In this document: positions 1 to 14,397 of the stretch, in pieces | How positions within the stretch are numbered: position 1 is the stretch's first letter | Layout: each line of letters opens with the position of its first letter | From: Octopus vulgaris | Taxonomy: Eukaryota | NCBI GenBank assembly: GCA_951406725.2 | Contig: OX597815.1 | Location: 158,472,001 to 158,536,000, forward strand | Length of the DNA: 64,000 nt | Direction of reading: 5' to 3' | Notes under the pieces: model-generated | What the model was told of the DNA's origin: nothing | Databases searched by the model: none | Seen by the model: only the letters and a program-made list of their open reading frames with translations | Made by a program: the position numbers and the translations under genes

Positions 1-7
1 GAAAGAC

Positions 8-165
8 ATACATACGTGCATACATACATGCATACATAGATACATACATACATGCATACGTACATACATACATACATACATACATACATACATACATACA
101 TACATACATACATACATGCATACATAGATACATACATACACACATATATATATATATATGAATAT
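8..165. repeat. (ACAT)n and (AT)n microsatellite
   Basis: Directly visible tetranucleotide then dinucleotide repeat. Confidence 0.95.
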
Positions 166-999
166 ACTTATACAAGTATATATATGTGTGTGTGAGTGCA
201 CGCATGTATGTATGTATACATGTATGTATGCTTGCTTATATTTGCTAATATTTATGTATTATGTATGCTTGTATGTGTCTCTGTTTGTGTGCGTGTTTAT
301 ATAAAATAAATGTTATTAGACATTATATACGTTAGTCTTTGAAGTATTTACAATTTCGAAGACTCCCAAGAAGGAATGAATAAATGCACACGCGCGCCCA
401 TCCCACCCCAGTCACACACAACTTACAGACATCTCTCTCTCTCTCCTCTTGTCTGTCTGTTTCTCTGTACACACACACACACACACACACACATACACAG
501 ACATGTGTGCCTGTGTACACAAACATATAGACACGTGTGTGTGTGTATAGATATATGTGTGTGTGTGTATAGATATGTGTATGTGTGTAGAAAGAGAGTA
601 AGTGAAAGACAGAATGTGAGAGAAAGATAAAGAAAAGTGGGAAGTGAGAAGAAAGAAATGAGGGATAAAAAATATATATAAATGGAAAAGAGAAAATGAG
701 AAAAACAAATGAAATTTGCATTAAGTTAAAACGAAAACTAAAGAGAAAAGTTCTATAATTCTCCTGTAAATGTAAACAGTAAAAAAACTGTGATAGACAC
801 GATATTCTTGTTCCTGATCATATGTTAACATTTATTTGGTTTTTAAGCTGAAACAAATTTCATAGTAAGACTAAGTATGTTTACATACTCAGTGTAGATT
901 AAATCTAATACCAAAGGTGGTAAACATTATAATCAAATAATCACCTTACTGTGTGCGTCATATAATGTACCATAAACATTGTGTTGTGGTAAGAATTAG

Positions 1000-1900
1000 G
1001 GGCGGGCTGGGATTTTTTGGATTGTTATAAATAGAATGCTTCTGAGGATCTATGTAAGTATGCCTTGTATGTAGACTAATTATGTAACACATCATACGGG
1101 ATATGAAATAATTTTATTAATTAAATATTTAGTAAAGAATTTTTCAGATATTATCTTTCAAGGTACCCATTCGTCATGTCCGGCTGTATAGGGGTATCCG
1201 ACTGGGTTGGGATTTATTTGATTGCTATAAATAAAATGCTTCCGAGGATCTATATAAGTATGCCTTGCATGTAGACTAATTAAGTAACACACCATACAGG
1301 CTATGAAATAATTTTGATAATTAGATATTTAGTAAAGAATTTCTCAGATTTTTTTCTTTCGGCATATCCGTTCATGTCCGGCTGTATAGGGGTACCAGGG
1401 TGGGTTGCAATTTATTTGATTGTAATAAATAGAATGGTTCCGAGGATCTAACTTACTATACGGGCTATGGAGTCATTAATTAATTAAGTCCTTAGTAAAG
1501 AATTTCTCACACATTTTCTTTCCGCGTACCCGTTCGTCATGTCCGGCTGTAGTGGGGTACTTCTTGTGAAGGATATATTGTATAATGGTACCGTGCCTGA
1601 AAACGTATACGGGTTGATATATGAGACATACATACCATAAAGCAATATGCGCTCAAGGATCTATGTAAGTATGGCGTGTGTGTAGACTAATTATATGACA
1701 CACCATACGGTCTATGGAGTAATTAATTAATAGATTAATTAAATATTTAGTAAAGAATTTCTCAAACTTTTTCTTTCAGCGTACCAGTTCGTCATGTCAG
1801 GTTGTATTGGGGTACCCCTTGTGAAGAGTGTATTGTAAAATGATACCGTACCTTAAAACGTATACTGGTTGATACCATATAAAGGATACCATAAAGCAAT
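1000..1900. repeat. Diverged ~200-bp tandem repeat, 4 units
   Basis: Units start with ATTG.TATAA-like sequence at 1021, 1221 and 1419. The core GGATCTA...TAGTAAAGAATTT...TCATGTC(C/A)GG.TGTA.GGGGTA recurs four times, the fourth from ~1657. Confidence 0.85.
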
Positions 1901-1944
1901 GTATAATCTGTTATTAATTGATTTCTGATTAGTTATAAATTAAG

Positions 1945-2152
1945 GTACGAAGCCAACAATGTTAAAGGCGGTGGGGTTAATAAAGTACCAGTCAATACTT
2001 GACTGCTACTATACTTTATCGACCACGGAGGGATGAAAGGCAAGATTGAACTCGGCGGAATTTGAACTCAAACCATAAAGATAAAAAGCCAGAACAAATA
2101 CTGTAAGAGCATTGTTTTCCGCCCCTCCAGCGGTTCTGCTGACTCGTTGCCT
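1945..2152 (-). mobile_element. tRNA-SINE family B, diverged copy
   Basis: Reverse complement of the 15395 copy (TTTATCGAC..GGATGAAAGGCAA...GGCGGAATTTGAACTCA). Confidence 0.7.
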
Positions 2153-2714
2153 TCAGTTCCGTTTAGAAGTCAAGATTTTCCAACACTATATTTGACAAAG
2201 TTTCTCTTTTTTTAATATTCTTTTATGAATACTGTTTGATAAATGTGAGGGTCTACCATTGAAAAGTAGTTGGTTTTGATTAAAATTCCAGTGTTTATAT
2301 AAGTTTCGCATATCTTCGTAATTTCTCTTCCCCATTTCAAGTGGAATGTGTACTTTGGTTTAAAAATGCATAGAAGAACATACATTTAATTTTACTATAG
2401 AATATTTATTGTGTTTATAATCAGCTGATAAACCCAAATACTGATAACCGGGTCGGCTGCTCTAATCCCTGGTTAATACCCAAGAATCCAAAACGCCAGT
2501 GGCTTTAACTTTCAAGAATATTCAGAGCAAGTTTAAGTATGATTACCGGAACAAATATAGATAAGATATGCATTGATTAACCCACAGAGTACTACTACGT
2601 GGTTGCTCGATCTGCTACGAATAACAACCAACTTTTCCTCAAGTCACATCCTACTTTTTATAAAACTAATGGATGCATTTGATAAGAAATGTAGTTTTAG
2701 ATAAACTGTGTTTA

Positions 2715-2854
2715 TCCGTCTACCAAATCCACTCACAAGGCTTTCATCGGCCCGAGGCTATAGTGGAAGACACTTGCCCAAGGTACCACGCAGTGGGAGT
2801 GAACCCGGAACCATGTGGTTCATAAGCAAGCTACTTACCACACAGCCACGCCTG
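2715..2854 (-). mobile_element. tRNA-SINE family A (CORE-like), 5' half
   Basis: Matches the reverse complement of the head of the 7433 and 49418 copies. Confidence 0.85.
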
Positions 2855-3602
2855 GGTCCATATGTAGATGAAATATTCATATATACCCTGCCGATATCTA
2901 CAGTTAAAGAAACAACAGTAAAACAGGATTACTTGTTTAATACACGCTTATGTTGCCCTAAATCTGAACCGATATCTTATGAAAGTAGCCGAAGCGTTGC
3001 GACAGCACAATACATTTTCTCTGTATGTAGCTCTTAATTTAAAAGTATTCGATCTTCGGAATTTCACATCAAAAATTTAAATTTAAAAAGGAAATATTTA
3101 TAACAATAGCAGGAGTGAATACTTATTTCATCGACTGCGAAGGGGACGAAAGTAAAAACGTACGAAATGCTATTAAGTACTCTGTCCGGGGTGTTAACGA
3201 TTCTGCCAGATCGATGCCTAATTTTGAGTGATAATATAATAGTGAAAATGACTTAAACAATTATTCTCTTGAAAAATAAAGCAACGCTAATACATACGCA
3301 CATATATAAACATGTTAATTTATATGCATATATATGCGTATGTGCATGTGAGTTATATATATATAAAGGCAATGGAGAGTATGAATACAGCAAAATCGAT
3401 TAATTTACATAACTGTCGATTACATGAGGCCTACGATCGTTTCAATATCCACCTTCATTCATTTTACAATTAAAAATTGCATTATGGATACAAAAGGTAG
3501 AGATATCTTCAGGGCCGGGAGGGCAACTTGGAAAGAGCAGTCTCTTTCTTTACAAAACCTCATTATTAACACTCGTTGTATGTATGTATATATACATACA
3601 TA

Positions 3603-3705
<103 letters not shown>

Positions 3706-4547
3706 AAATGCTTTAACCGAGGAAGCTCTGCGTAGTTGATGCATATCCTGAAAAGTGCGTATTAAATGAATTCAATGGAACTACCAAACGTATATACTTA
3801 TCATTCTGATCCTTCCTTCGTATCTCGACGAAATGGAAAGCACTAGTATCCTTGAAGATATTCTTCATTTCTATATTTTCTACTTCTCTCTCTTTCTCCC
3901 CGCCCCACAACACCCTATAGATGGGTCCATGCTGCTAACGTAGATATAGAGGTAAATTAGGTATACACATCCACAGTAGGCAGAGATACAGCAGTGGGAG
4001 TAGATTATGGATTTTATATACGTCACAGTTGCCTCGAACTCGAATTCAAATCTATCGGAACCAGCTGAAACATCGTAAAACTTAAGTAATTTCTCTCTGT
4101 ATGTAAATATTTCCATTTATAAACTCTTTATGGTGTTTTGCGTGATCTGAGTAGCTTTTGGTTCAACTTATGGGCAATACTAACGTGTATAAAATAAATA
4201 ACCCTCTCTATAGGTCTTCTCTATCAAGGTTGATCTGGGATTAAAAATCGCCACAACTGCTGCAATGATTAATTAGAAATAAAGATAAAGACAGTGATGG
4301 CACAGTGTTTTAGGTAATACTCAGAAAAAAAAAAGTAAGAGAGGAATTCATGCAAAGAATTTCTACAACTGATTTTTATAGAAATTGGTAGAAGCAGTGT
4401 GATCTGCAACGTCTTTACAAAGAAAATTTAAGTAGCTACAAAAGTGGATCGAAGCCTTATCGGAGACTCATCTTTTGTTTCCTGTATTAAAATCCCAATT
4501 AAATTTCTAGTATTAGCATCATATCAAATATTTTAGCATTAGTATTA

Positions 4548-4745
4548 AGTCGGTGAGCTGGCAGAATTGTCAGAAGGTCGAGTAAAGTCCAAGTAAAATA
4601 AAATACCAACCTGTATTAAATACAGCTCTTTTCAGCTTTGCCTTTCATCCTTTCGAGGTCGAAATAAAGTATCAGTCAAATATTGAGGTCGGTGGTGTCG
4701 ACTATCCTTTACGCCTTACAACTGATGGCCTTGGACCTAAATCAG
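4548..4745 (+). mobile_element. tRNA-SINE family B, diverged copy
   Basis: GGTGAGCTGGCAGAAT head and TTTGCCTTTCATCCTTTCGAGGTCGA core shared with 15395. Confidence 0.7.
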
Positions 4746-5908
4746 TAGGCATTCCAGCATTAGCATGTCTATCCTTTTATCATCATATGAACAAGATTTT
4801 TTCCAAGGTTTACCGTATATTATGAATATTTGCTTTTAAAACAACTAACGTACAAATAATCAAATGTAATGATATGATCAAAGAACGAGATAAAATATGA
4901 AAGGTTTTCTGTTTTTATAGAGTAACTTTTCTACTATTACTGATTAGGAACAATCAAAAAAGCTACGTTAAGCATGAGTTTATGACTCATGATTATGCTT
5001 ATGGTTTCAACCTTACTTTAGCCAAGTAAATGGTGTATGTAAATCCTAGCATAAAATCTTTCCAACTTGATACTAACTGCTTTGTTATGCACAATATTAT
5101 TTTCGTAAAATCTAATGTTATATATTATTGGTGTTTTGCATATCGATCCTGGATGAATAGAGATATTATTGAAGGGAAGAATATTTATGAAATCACAAAC
5201 TGTCATTGACGGACTGAATGAATCATAGAAATTGACATGTATTTTCTAGAATGATTCTTATACAAGAATATTTACTTTCCTTGATGGATTGTATTTAAAA
5301 GAATGCTGTATTAAAAACCGTGTTTAGTTTGCCTTCTTACAAAACTAAACACGTTGTTAGTTATTGGTGACGGAAGCCGTATTAGTAACGAATAGCAATC
5401 TCAATATCCAACTTCACGTTGACATACATAAAAAAAAACATTATAAAACTGCAGCATTCGTTCTGAGAAATCATCTCTAATAAGAGTATAGTGTTAAAAA
5501 GCACACGATATCAGCAGCGGACAAAAATGCCCAGCACTTCCCTGATTTCAGTATGTTTCCGCTTCATCAACAAGAGGCGTCCACAATCACTGTATTCTAG
5601 TCGAATTTCGTACCGATATATAGAAAAACAGTGGAATTCTATCACATTCTCATATTTAGAAACCAAATTCTGAACTGAAACTATGAATTTAAGATATTTC
5701 ATAAGAATATTTTTTTTTTTTAAATTTTATAAGAATAGATTTTTAAACATAAAAATAACTCACCTACGCCTTCATGATGAACTATTCCCAAAATATACAT
5801 AAGCACTTACACAGCAGCATTTCACTAAGCAAGTGAAATAGAAAGTATCTAAAAGATCCCAAACTTTCAACCAAAATACCCACGGAAAATGTTCATAAGT
5901 ACATATAC

Positions 5909-5981
<73 letters not shown>

Positions 5982-6174
5982 TGTGTGAGTGTGTGTGTGA
6001 AGGCTCATGGATCAGTGGTTAGAGCGTATGTTATAATGTTAGCCATCTCGGTTTCCTGATATGGCTTACATTATAACATAGTTTCCTTTCATTGTTCTTG
6101 TGGAATCTTAATTCCTGGTTCGTGATGGTTTCAGATTTGATCTAATCTTTCCGTTATTATTATTATTTTTGTTG

Positions 6175-6221
<47 letters not shown>

Positions 6222-7432
6222 AACAACAACAACAACAATAATAATAAATTTATTCTATTTATTTATCTTTTTTTTTTAATTTCGTTACATAATTATATGC
6301 ACACATTTGCATATGTTCATAGGTCGAAAATCATATCTTATTAAAATACCTAAGCTTGAAATCAAATAGAAGAAATATTTATGAAAAACATAGCCTACAA
6401 ACTTTTTCTCCCTACAGATATGTTGAATTTTTGAAATAGTAATTAAATAAGAACAATTAATTACTGCTGACCAACCAACATTTTCACCTAACTATATCCT
6501 TTTGTGAGCCTTAAAGCACAAAATAAACAAATTTCTAAACTAACAACACACGCTAAAGTTGACACACCTAAATCAAAGCACATAATCACAGTCTTGCATG
6601 CTGAACTGTAATTGAAGTGTTATTAGAAGGTGGAGGCTGTAAAAACATTAAATCTCCTATTTGGAGCCAAATGTAATCAACTATAAGATGTAGGGACATT
6701 TCTGCTTATCAACTAACCTTTTAACCTTGTTACATTCTTTTGTGAATTCCTAAAAACAGCTCCAAAACCTGAAGCTGAGACACCTAAATAGACACACCTG
6801 ACAACAAAAGTCCTACATGCATGAGTGAGTTCTGGAAAATAACACAACTTCAATTGTAATCAATAAAAAATATTTCTTTGGATCACAACCCTACAACCTA
6901 ATTATTTAACAGAGCTCCACCTGCTCTAAAAAAATGCTAACTTAACAAAGACTATATAAAGCCAAGGTGAACTCAATAGGATAATAATGTGTTTTTTTTC
7001 TATTTAGTTTGGTTTCATGTTCGGTTTTGTAATGCAACACATTGTTTTCTTGTTGTAAATACATAGTCAACCGGTGGGAAAGTGTCATACATGTGTGATC
7101 AATTTAGCAACCTGAGCTGCGAGGTTTACAATTTTCATGTTTACATTGAAATGTTATATAACATGTTACAAGAAATACGCATTGTGGTTTGCACATTCGT
7201 AGTTTCGTTTCTTGTTGAGAAATTTCTGATTCTGACTGATTTACGTGTATCCATGTCTGCATATATACATGAGTGCATAAACACACACGCGCGCACACAC
7301 ACATGCATACATACGTACATACATACATACATACATACATACATACATACATACATACATACATACATACATACACACACATACATAGCCATACAAACAT
7401 AGACATACTTACTCATACATACATACATACAT

Positions 7433-7598
7433 GAGTGGCCGTGTGGTAAGTAGCTTGCTTACCAACCACATGGTTCCGGTTTCAGTCCCACTGCGTGACA
7501 CCTTGGGCAAGTGTCTTCTACTATAGTCTCGGGCCGACCAAAGCCTTGTGAGTGGATTTGGTAGACGGAAGCTGAAAGAAGCTCGTCGTATATATATG

Positions 7599-7652
<54 letters not shown>

Positions 7653-7851
7653 TGTGTCTGTGTTTGTCCCACCAACATTGCTTGACAACCGATGCTGGTG
7701 TGTTTACAACCCCGTAACTTAGCGATTCGGCAAAAGAGACCGATAGAATAAGTACTAGGCTTACAAAAAATAAGTCCTGGAGTCGATTTGCTCGACTAAA
7801 GGCGGTGCTCCAGCATGCCCGCAGTCAAATGACTGAAAGAAGAGCAAAAGA
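7433..7851 (+). mobile_element. tRNA-SINE family A (CORE-like, resembling octopus OR-type SINEs), near full length, internal (TA)n(TG)n
   Basis: A-box-like TGGCCGTGTGG, B-box-like GTTTCAGTCCC, CORE-like CCTTGGGCAAGTG, internal microsatellite and conserved 3' end GGCGGTGCTCCAGCATG..CGCAGTCAAATGACTGAAA. At least 10 copies in the window. The family name is from recollection. Confidence 0.85.
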
Positions 7852-8324
7852 CATACATACATGCATGCATACGTACATACATACAACTGTATGAGTCAGT
7901 GTGTATATTCACATACATGCACATATAGCAAGACACCTGCATACGTACACACATAAAAAAAAGAAGAGAAGAGAAAAAGTCTCTCTTTCACGCCTTCACA
8001 CAAGCGCGCGCGCGCAGACAGACACGTGAGCTGTGTGACTGATATTGTCTTTGTTCTCTCAGTTCGGAAATAATACAATTTCCTGTTTGAATTCGGATTC
8101 CCCTCTCAAACAGAAAATGGAGGGTTTTAGTCGCAACAATGGTAAAGAATAATTCTGAAAGAATACAACAATAATAAAGACAGGAACAACCACATTTTCT
8201 GGGGGATATATGGGACTAACAGCTTATTGTGTTACCAGTGCTGCACACCGAGAAAAAAAAATTGTTTGGCGACTAATTTAATTCTAGATGCTAGTAATAG
8301 TACAAGGTAGAGGTAATGGTTAGC

Positions 8325-8325
8325 T

Positions 8326-8364
<39 letters not shown>

Positions 8365-8469
8365 GTGATGGTTGTGATGATGATGATTGTGATGATTGTG
8401 ATGATGATGATGATTGTGATGATGATGATGATGATGATGACGACGACGACGACGACGACGACGATGATG

Positions 8470-8501
<32 letters not shown>

Positions 8502-8569
8502 GTTGACGATGATGATGATGGTGATGGTGATGATGATGATGATGATGTTGACGATGATGATGATGATTG

Positions 8570-8601
<32 letters not shown>

Positions 8602-8790
8602 GTGATGATGATGATGATGATGATGATGATGCTGCTGTCGTGGGTGTTGGCAAGGGTGACGACGAAGAAGATGATGACGAGAACGATGGTTCTGATAATG
8701 ATGGTGATAATGACGACGGTGATGCCATTGATGCTGATGCTGCTACTGCTGTTGCTGCTGATGACAGTATGATGATGACAGTCGGCAATG
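8325..8790. repeat. (GAT)n/(GAC)n trinucleotide microsatellite, degenerate 3' part
   Basis: Directly visible; explains the poly-D, M, S and I ORFs. Confidence 0.95.
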
Positions 8791-9086
8791 TTGACAGCAG
8801 CAGTTGAGGTAGGATGGGGCGGGTCGGAGGTTACTGTTTGGCATTGAGCTGTCAGAAACATCCGGCAAAGTATGAAAGGACGTTGGGAGCTTAAAACATA
8901 ATCAGTTGTTATATGGTGTATTGTTTTTTTTTTGTTGTTGTTTTTTTGGCGGGTGAAAACTTGTTTTGACTGACTTGCTGTGCTGTCAAATACCACCGTA
9001 CTCGTGACGGTTTCCATATGGACATGACTCACGGAAGAGAGAGAGAAATAACCTAAGAGAGAAAGTTGGGAGAGAGAGGAGAAAAA

Positions 9087-9121
<35 letters not shown>

Positions 9122-9274
9122 GTGCGCGCGTGTTGGTGTGTAGGGATATGCGTGTACGTTCGTGTCCTAGTGGAAGACATATTGGCTGGATCAGAAAGGA
9201 AACGTTCGAATGATTGACATTTACCTACATATTATCACTTGTATTGATTGGTGTTGCTTGTATTAATATCATGA

Positions 9275-9585
<311 letters not shown>

Positions 9586-9990
9586 GGCGTGGATGTGTGG
9601 TAAGAAGCTTGCTTCTCAACCACATGGTTTCCGGGTTGAGTTCCACTGCCTGACACTTCGGCAAAGTGTCTTCTACTACAGCCTCGGGTCCACCAAACCC
9701 TCGGGAGTGGATTTGGTTGTCGAAAAGTGAAAGAAACCCGTCGTATATATATGTATATACATACATGAGCGTGTGTATCCTTGTGTCTGTATTGGTCCCC
9801 ATAACCGCTTGACGACCGTTCTTGGTGTTTTTACGTCCCCGTAACTTAGCGGTTCAACAAAAGAGGCTGATAGAATAAGAACTAAGCTTAAAAAATAAGT
9901 CCTGGGTTCGATTTGTTCGACTAAAACCCTTCAAAGCGGTACTCCTGCATAGCTGCAGTCAAAGGACTGAAACAAGTAAGAGAGTAAAAG
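9586..9990 (+). mobile_element. tRNA-SINE family A, older copy
   Basis: Collinear with 7433-7851 from head to the GACTGAAACAAGTAA tail. Confidence 0.85.
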
Positions 9991-10224
9991 AATATACATA
10001 AAGTCCCACGTAAGATGAAGAATAAATAAATAACACAAATGGGTTGAGGTTTACTAGAGTTGTTGAGGAACAAAAGTGTTACATCATGGGAAAAATAATT
10101 CTGTAGAGCAAAATTTAACACTTAATATTTATCACAAAATAGAACATAGTGAAATATGAACCTACCAAGTAGGGTACCGCTGGGTTACACTTCCAACCAT
10201 AACCTGATTAGTAGGGTCATATAT

Positions 10225-10600
10225 GTATATATAAATCCCCCAAAAAATGAAACAAGAAAGCAACAGACGACAATAAAACATCCGGACAGATAGACAATAC
10301 AAAGAAGGACAATAAAAAAGAAAAGACGGACATGAAAAGACAAGGACGGGTCATTCGCAGCCTTCTCTCATCAGTCAAGTTTCCAGATTATCCTTACAGT
10401 TTCTGCAGTTACACTTAAATCTGTTCAAATCTGGATAGCCCCAAAACTCTAAGCTAAGAGCATTAAATGTTTTAGGAGAAAGCAAGCGAATGTGTATGAC
10501 AACAAAGACAAAAAAAAGAAAGAAAACGGGGAAAATGTTACACAGTTACACATACAAACAACAAGAAAATAACAACAGATGTCTTTCGACAAATAAAGAC
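10225..10600. mobile_element. Unclassified microsatellite-flanked repeat, related to 38690-38782
   Basis: Shares TCATTCG.AGCCTTC..TC.TCAGTCA with ~38735-38762; both lie next to microsatellites. Confidence 0.4.
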
Positions 10601-10603
10601 AAA

Positions 10604-10672
<69 letters not shown>

Positions 10673-10681
10673 GTCTGTCTA

Positions 10682-10714
<33 letters not shown>

Positions 10715-11118
10715 ATGTCTGTCCGTCTGTCCGTCCGTCTGTCTGTCTCTCTCTCTCTAAATATATATATATATATCTAGAGAGAGAGGGCGAGAGATAG
10801 ATGGATGTCTGTGTGAGTATACATGTATGTATTTATGCATATGTCTAAAGGTGTGTGAAGACACACATATACAATATATGTATTGTTGGAAGCTGAATCA
10901 GTAACAATCGCTACTCTGCATTTCTTGTTGCGGATTCGGATGCTACTTAAGGACAGAAGATATCAGAGATTGAATGGCAATATTTGTATAACTAGCCAAG
11001 CTCTGACTGAATACATAATATATGAGGTGAAAGATACATTTTGGTTCACAATAAAACCATTGCACATTAAAATAAAGGGGAGAAGAAGCAAGCAGGGGTG
11101 GGATCCTACCGGTTAGGC

Positions 11119-11495
11119 CAGGGGTTCTCAACCATTTTTTTATCTACGGACCCCTATGATTACTATTTTATTCTGATGGACCCCTTTGATTTTAGTATTA
11201 TACTGGTGGATCCCTACAACCATTCGATTCCGAAAAACTAGTTTCAAAGATACTTCTTTCAAAATTCCCATTTTGTTTTTCACATATTAACTGTAGATTG
11301 GACTATGTAAAATGTTAGAGAAAGAAACCTAATCGTTTCTTGCAATACATACCAATGCATACATCTAAAGTAAAAAATTTTCAGGGTCCCTTAAAATACT
11401 ATTGTGGATCCTCATTTTACTATTTTGTTGCGTGGACCCCCAAAGATCTTATATGGACTCTCATGGGCCATATGGACCACGGTTGAGATCCACTG
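11119..11495. mobile_element. hAT (Charlie-like) MITE
   Basis: TIRs CAGGGGTTCTCAACC / GGTTGAGATCCACTG; perfect 8-bp TSD GGTTAGGC (11111-11118 and 11496-11503); repeated internal GGACCCC motifs. Confidence 0.9.
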
Positions 11496-11702
11496 GGTTA
11501 GGCAAAGGAATAAATGAAAAGATAATAAAGGAAGAAGAGAGAGCGGGAAAAGATGTGTAAACTGAACAATGAATAATGAAAATGAAAAACCATGCGTAAA
11601 GAGTTAATGAAAGACAATGTTCAAAAATTTACGTATAATAAAGATGGAAATAAAAGAGTTGGATTAAAAAATCATGCGAATGTGGGGGTAAAGAATTTTT
11701 TA

Positions 11703-11830
11703 AAATGAGTAACGCTGCGATGGACTGGCGTCCCATCCAGCTGGGGGACACATACACCATGGAAACTGGGAAACTGGGCCCATGAGCCTGGCTAGGCTTT
11801 AAAGGGTGCATTTATTTATTTATTATTTAC
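11703..11830 (+). mobile_element. tRNA-SINE family C, 3' portion
   Basis: CTGCGATGGACTGGCGTCCCATCCAG...GGGCCCATGAGCCTGGCTAGGCTTT plus (TTTA)n tail; matches 62571-62808. Confidence 0.8.
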
Positions 11831-12646
11831 TTTTCAATAGTGAAACAAATTTGAGTTTGATGGAATGGGTAGTGCTTATTCCTTTACGCACTAGATTTTT
11901 TAAAAATTTTAACTGTTGAGGATTTTATCCTTATACAGTCCTTAATACACTTAATATACTTAATATCTCGACCTACTTGAGTCTCATCAGTACAAAACTG
12001 ATAAGGGATGTATAGTGTAATTAATTATATTTTTTCGCTCTCCACGCATGTTATTACTAATTCGCTGCTTGTATTTCATGCAGAAGTCATCCCTAGGTAA
12101 TTCCACCTCCTTCCCTCTGTTTTATCCATTTAATTTTTCTCTAATCGTCTTTTCTCTTTCTCCCTGCCCGGGATTCGCTGCCTTGCACCAATGTTAGAAA
12201 TCATATTTATTTGTTGAAAAGATGATTATATACGCCCAGCGTTCCAATCGACTGCATTGAAATCAATCACTAACTCTAGTGAAAAGATCGATTATATTTC
12301 GTATATGTGGTTTTACAAATCATAATAGGAGTCATATATTTACGAATACGCATAACATAACATATATATTGTTTGTATGCAACGTAAAATGTCTCTGCGA
12401 GACGGTGGAAACGTTTCGGAGTGTGTGAGCGTGTTAATATTTATTTGAGTATGTGTGTATATTCGTAAGTATAATATGTAATCGTATGTTTGTATATATG
12501 TTCGTGTGTAGGTATTGTGAGAATGTTCACTTCAATAGAAATGGCGACATATTTGTGCATGGGTATGTATGCATGTGTGTATATGAATGTAGCTATATGT
12601 AAATTTATACGTCTAACGACGTATACATATTTGCATACATACATGC

Positions 12647-12696
<50 letters not shown>

Positions 12697-12748
12697 GTGT
12701 GTGTGGGTAAGCGCGAGTGTGTATTGCGTATGAATGTATGTATGTATG

Positions 12749-13254
<506 letters not shown>

Positions 13255-14074
13255 GAGAAAGAAGCAACAAGAATGGATTAGTATATATATATATATACAC
13301 ACGTACGTGTTCATACACTTAAAATACACTCATAAAAATATGTATACATATTACACTATTCATGTGTATGTTTGTAAAGGAGGGGGAGAAAGAGAAAGAG
13401 AGAAAGAGAGATAGAGTAAGGGAAAGAGAAAAATAGAAAGAGAGAGAGAGAGAAAGAGAAAGAGAGAGAGAGAGTATAGTGAAGTTAATCTTAACAAGCT
13501 GCTGACAACAGTCATTCAAGAAGGCATTCGCTACTCGTAAACAATTTCATCTCCAAATACAGAATATAAAAGGCGTCAGTGAATAGTGAACGTTGTTTGG
13601 GGCGGCAACAAAGCGAAACCGATTGGTTCCTAAATCTCAGCGACATGTCTGCCACTCAACGGACCAACAACCATCTATTTAGCAGACCGGCAGTAGAATG
13701 GCGACGATTTGGCTGCTAAGTTGGTGGCGGCGGCGACAGATTGACTAAAGAAGAACAAAGGGGTAAAGGAACCGCAGCATTGCAGTTTGATTTGATTTCA
13801 GTATTCAAGCTGCCAAAAAGGAGGTGGTTTGGCTGAAATAGCAAGTGCAGTGGTTGAAGAATCTTGAGGTATTTATCTATGACCCCCTTATGTTCCAAGT
13901 TCAAAATCAGCTGCGTGCAATTTTTTTCCTTTTATCGTTTCGGGCTTAAAAGAGTAAGTACCAAAGATATCTTGAGGTCGATCTTATCGTTCGTACAACT
14001 TCCTATATGTTTGTGCCGAGCTAGCAAAGTTTTTAATATTTCTATTCTTATGTATTAAGAATGCACATGCAAAT

Positions 14075-14108
<34 letters not shown>

Positions 14109-14112
<4 letters not shown>

Positions 14113-14397
14113 TGACGCATATTTGCCATTTGAATATGGCTAACCACTAAGGGTGGATGCTACTGTAGTTTGTAGCCCCAGGAAGATATCTCCTCCAGCT
14201 GGCTATAGACACACTATCTGTGCCCTATCAGTATAGTGTGTATATAGTGTGTCTATAGCCAGCTGGAGGAGATATCTTCCTGGGGCTACAAACTACAGTA
14301 GCATCCACCCTTAGTGGTTAGCCATATTCAAATGGCAAATATGCGTCACGATGTGTTACCGCTACTGTTTATAACTCACTCTGAGATTTATCATTGT
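14109..14397. repeat. Fold-back element: 109-bp inverted arms, 26-nt loop and unpaired tail, in (TA)n
   Basis: 14109-14217 is the reverse complement of 14244-14352 except AGGA vs GAGA. Confidence 0.9.

Noticed and set aside
1000-1900. CRISPR-like array
   Set aside because: Eukaryotic context; long diverged units without unique spacers.
3713-4116. Minus-strand ORFs as host exons
   Set aside because: No recognisable domain and no convincing splice sites.
8232-9032. Poly-Asp, poly-Ser, poly-Met and poly-Ile ORFs as a biomineralisation-type protein
   Set aside because: Several frames are open only because of (GAT)n; no signal peptide or supportable exon structure.
8000-9180. Possible promoter (CACGTG, TGACTCA and GGGCGG motifs)
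   Set aside because: Short motifs expected by chance; no linked gene visible.
10340-10440. Minus-strand GAAACTGTA...CTGATGA as a hammerhead
   Set aside because: I could not build consistent stems I-III.
13500-13790. TATA and CCAAT-like motifs in a GC-richer block
   Set aside because: Order and orientation are not promoter-like, and there is no downstream gene.
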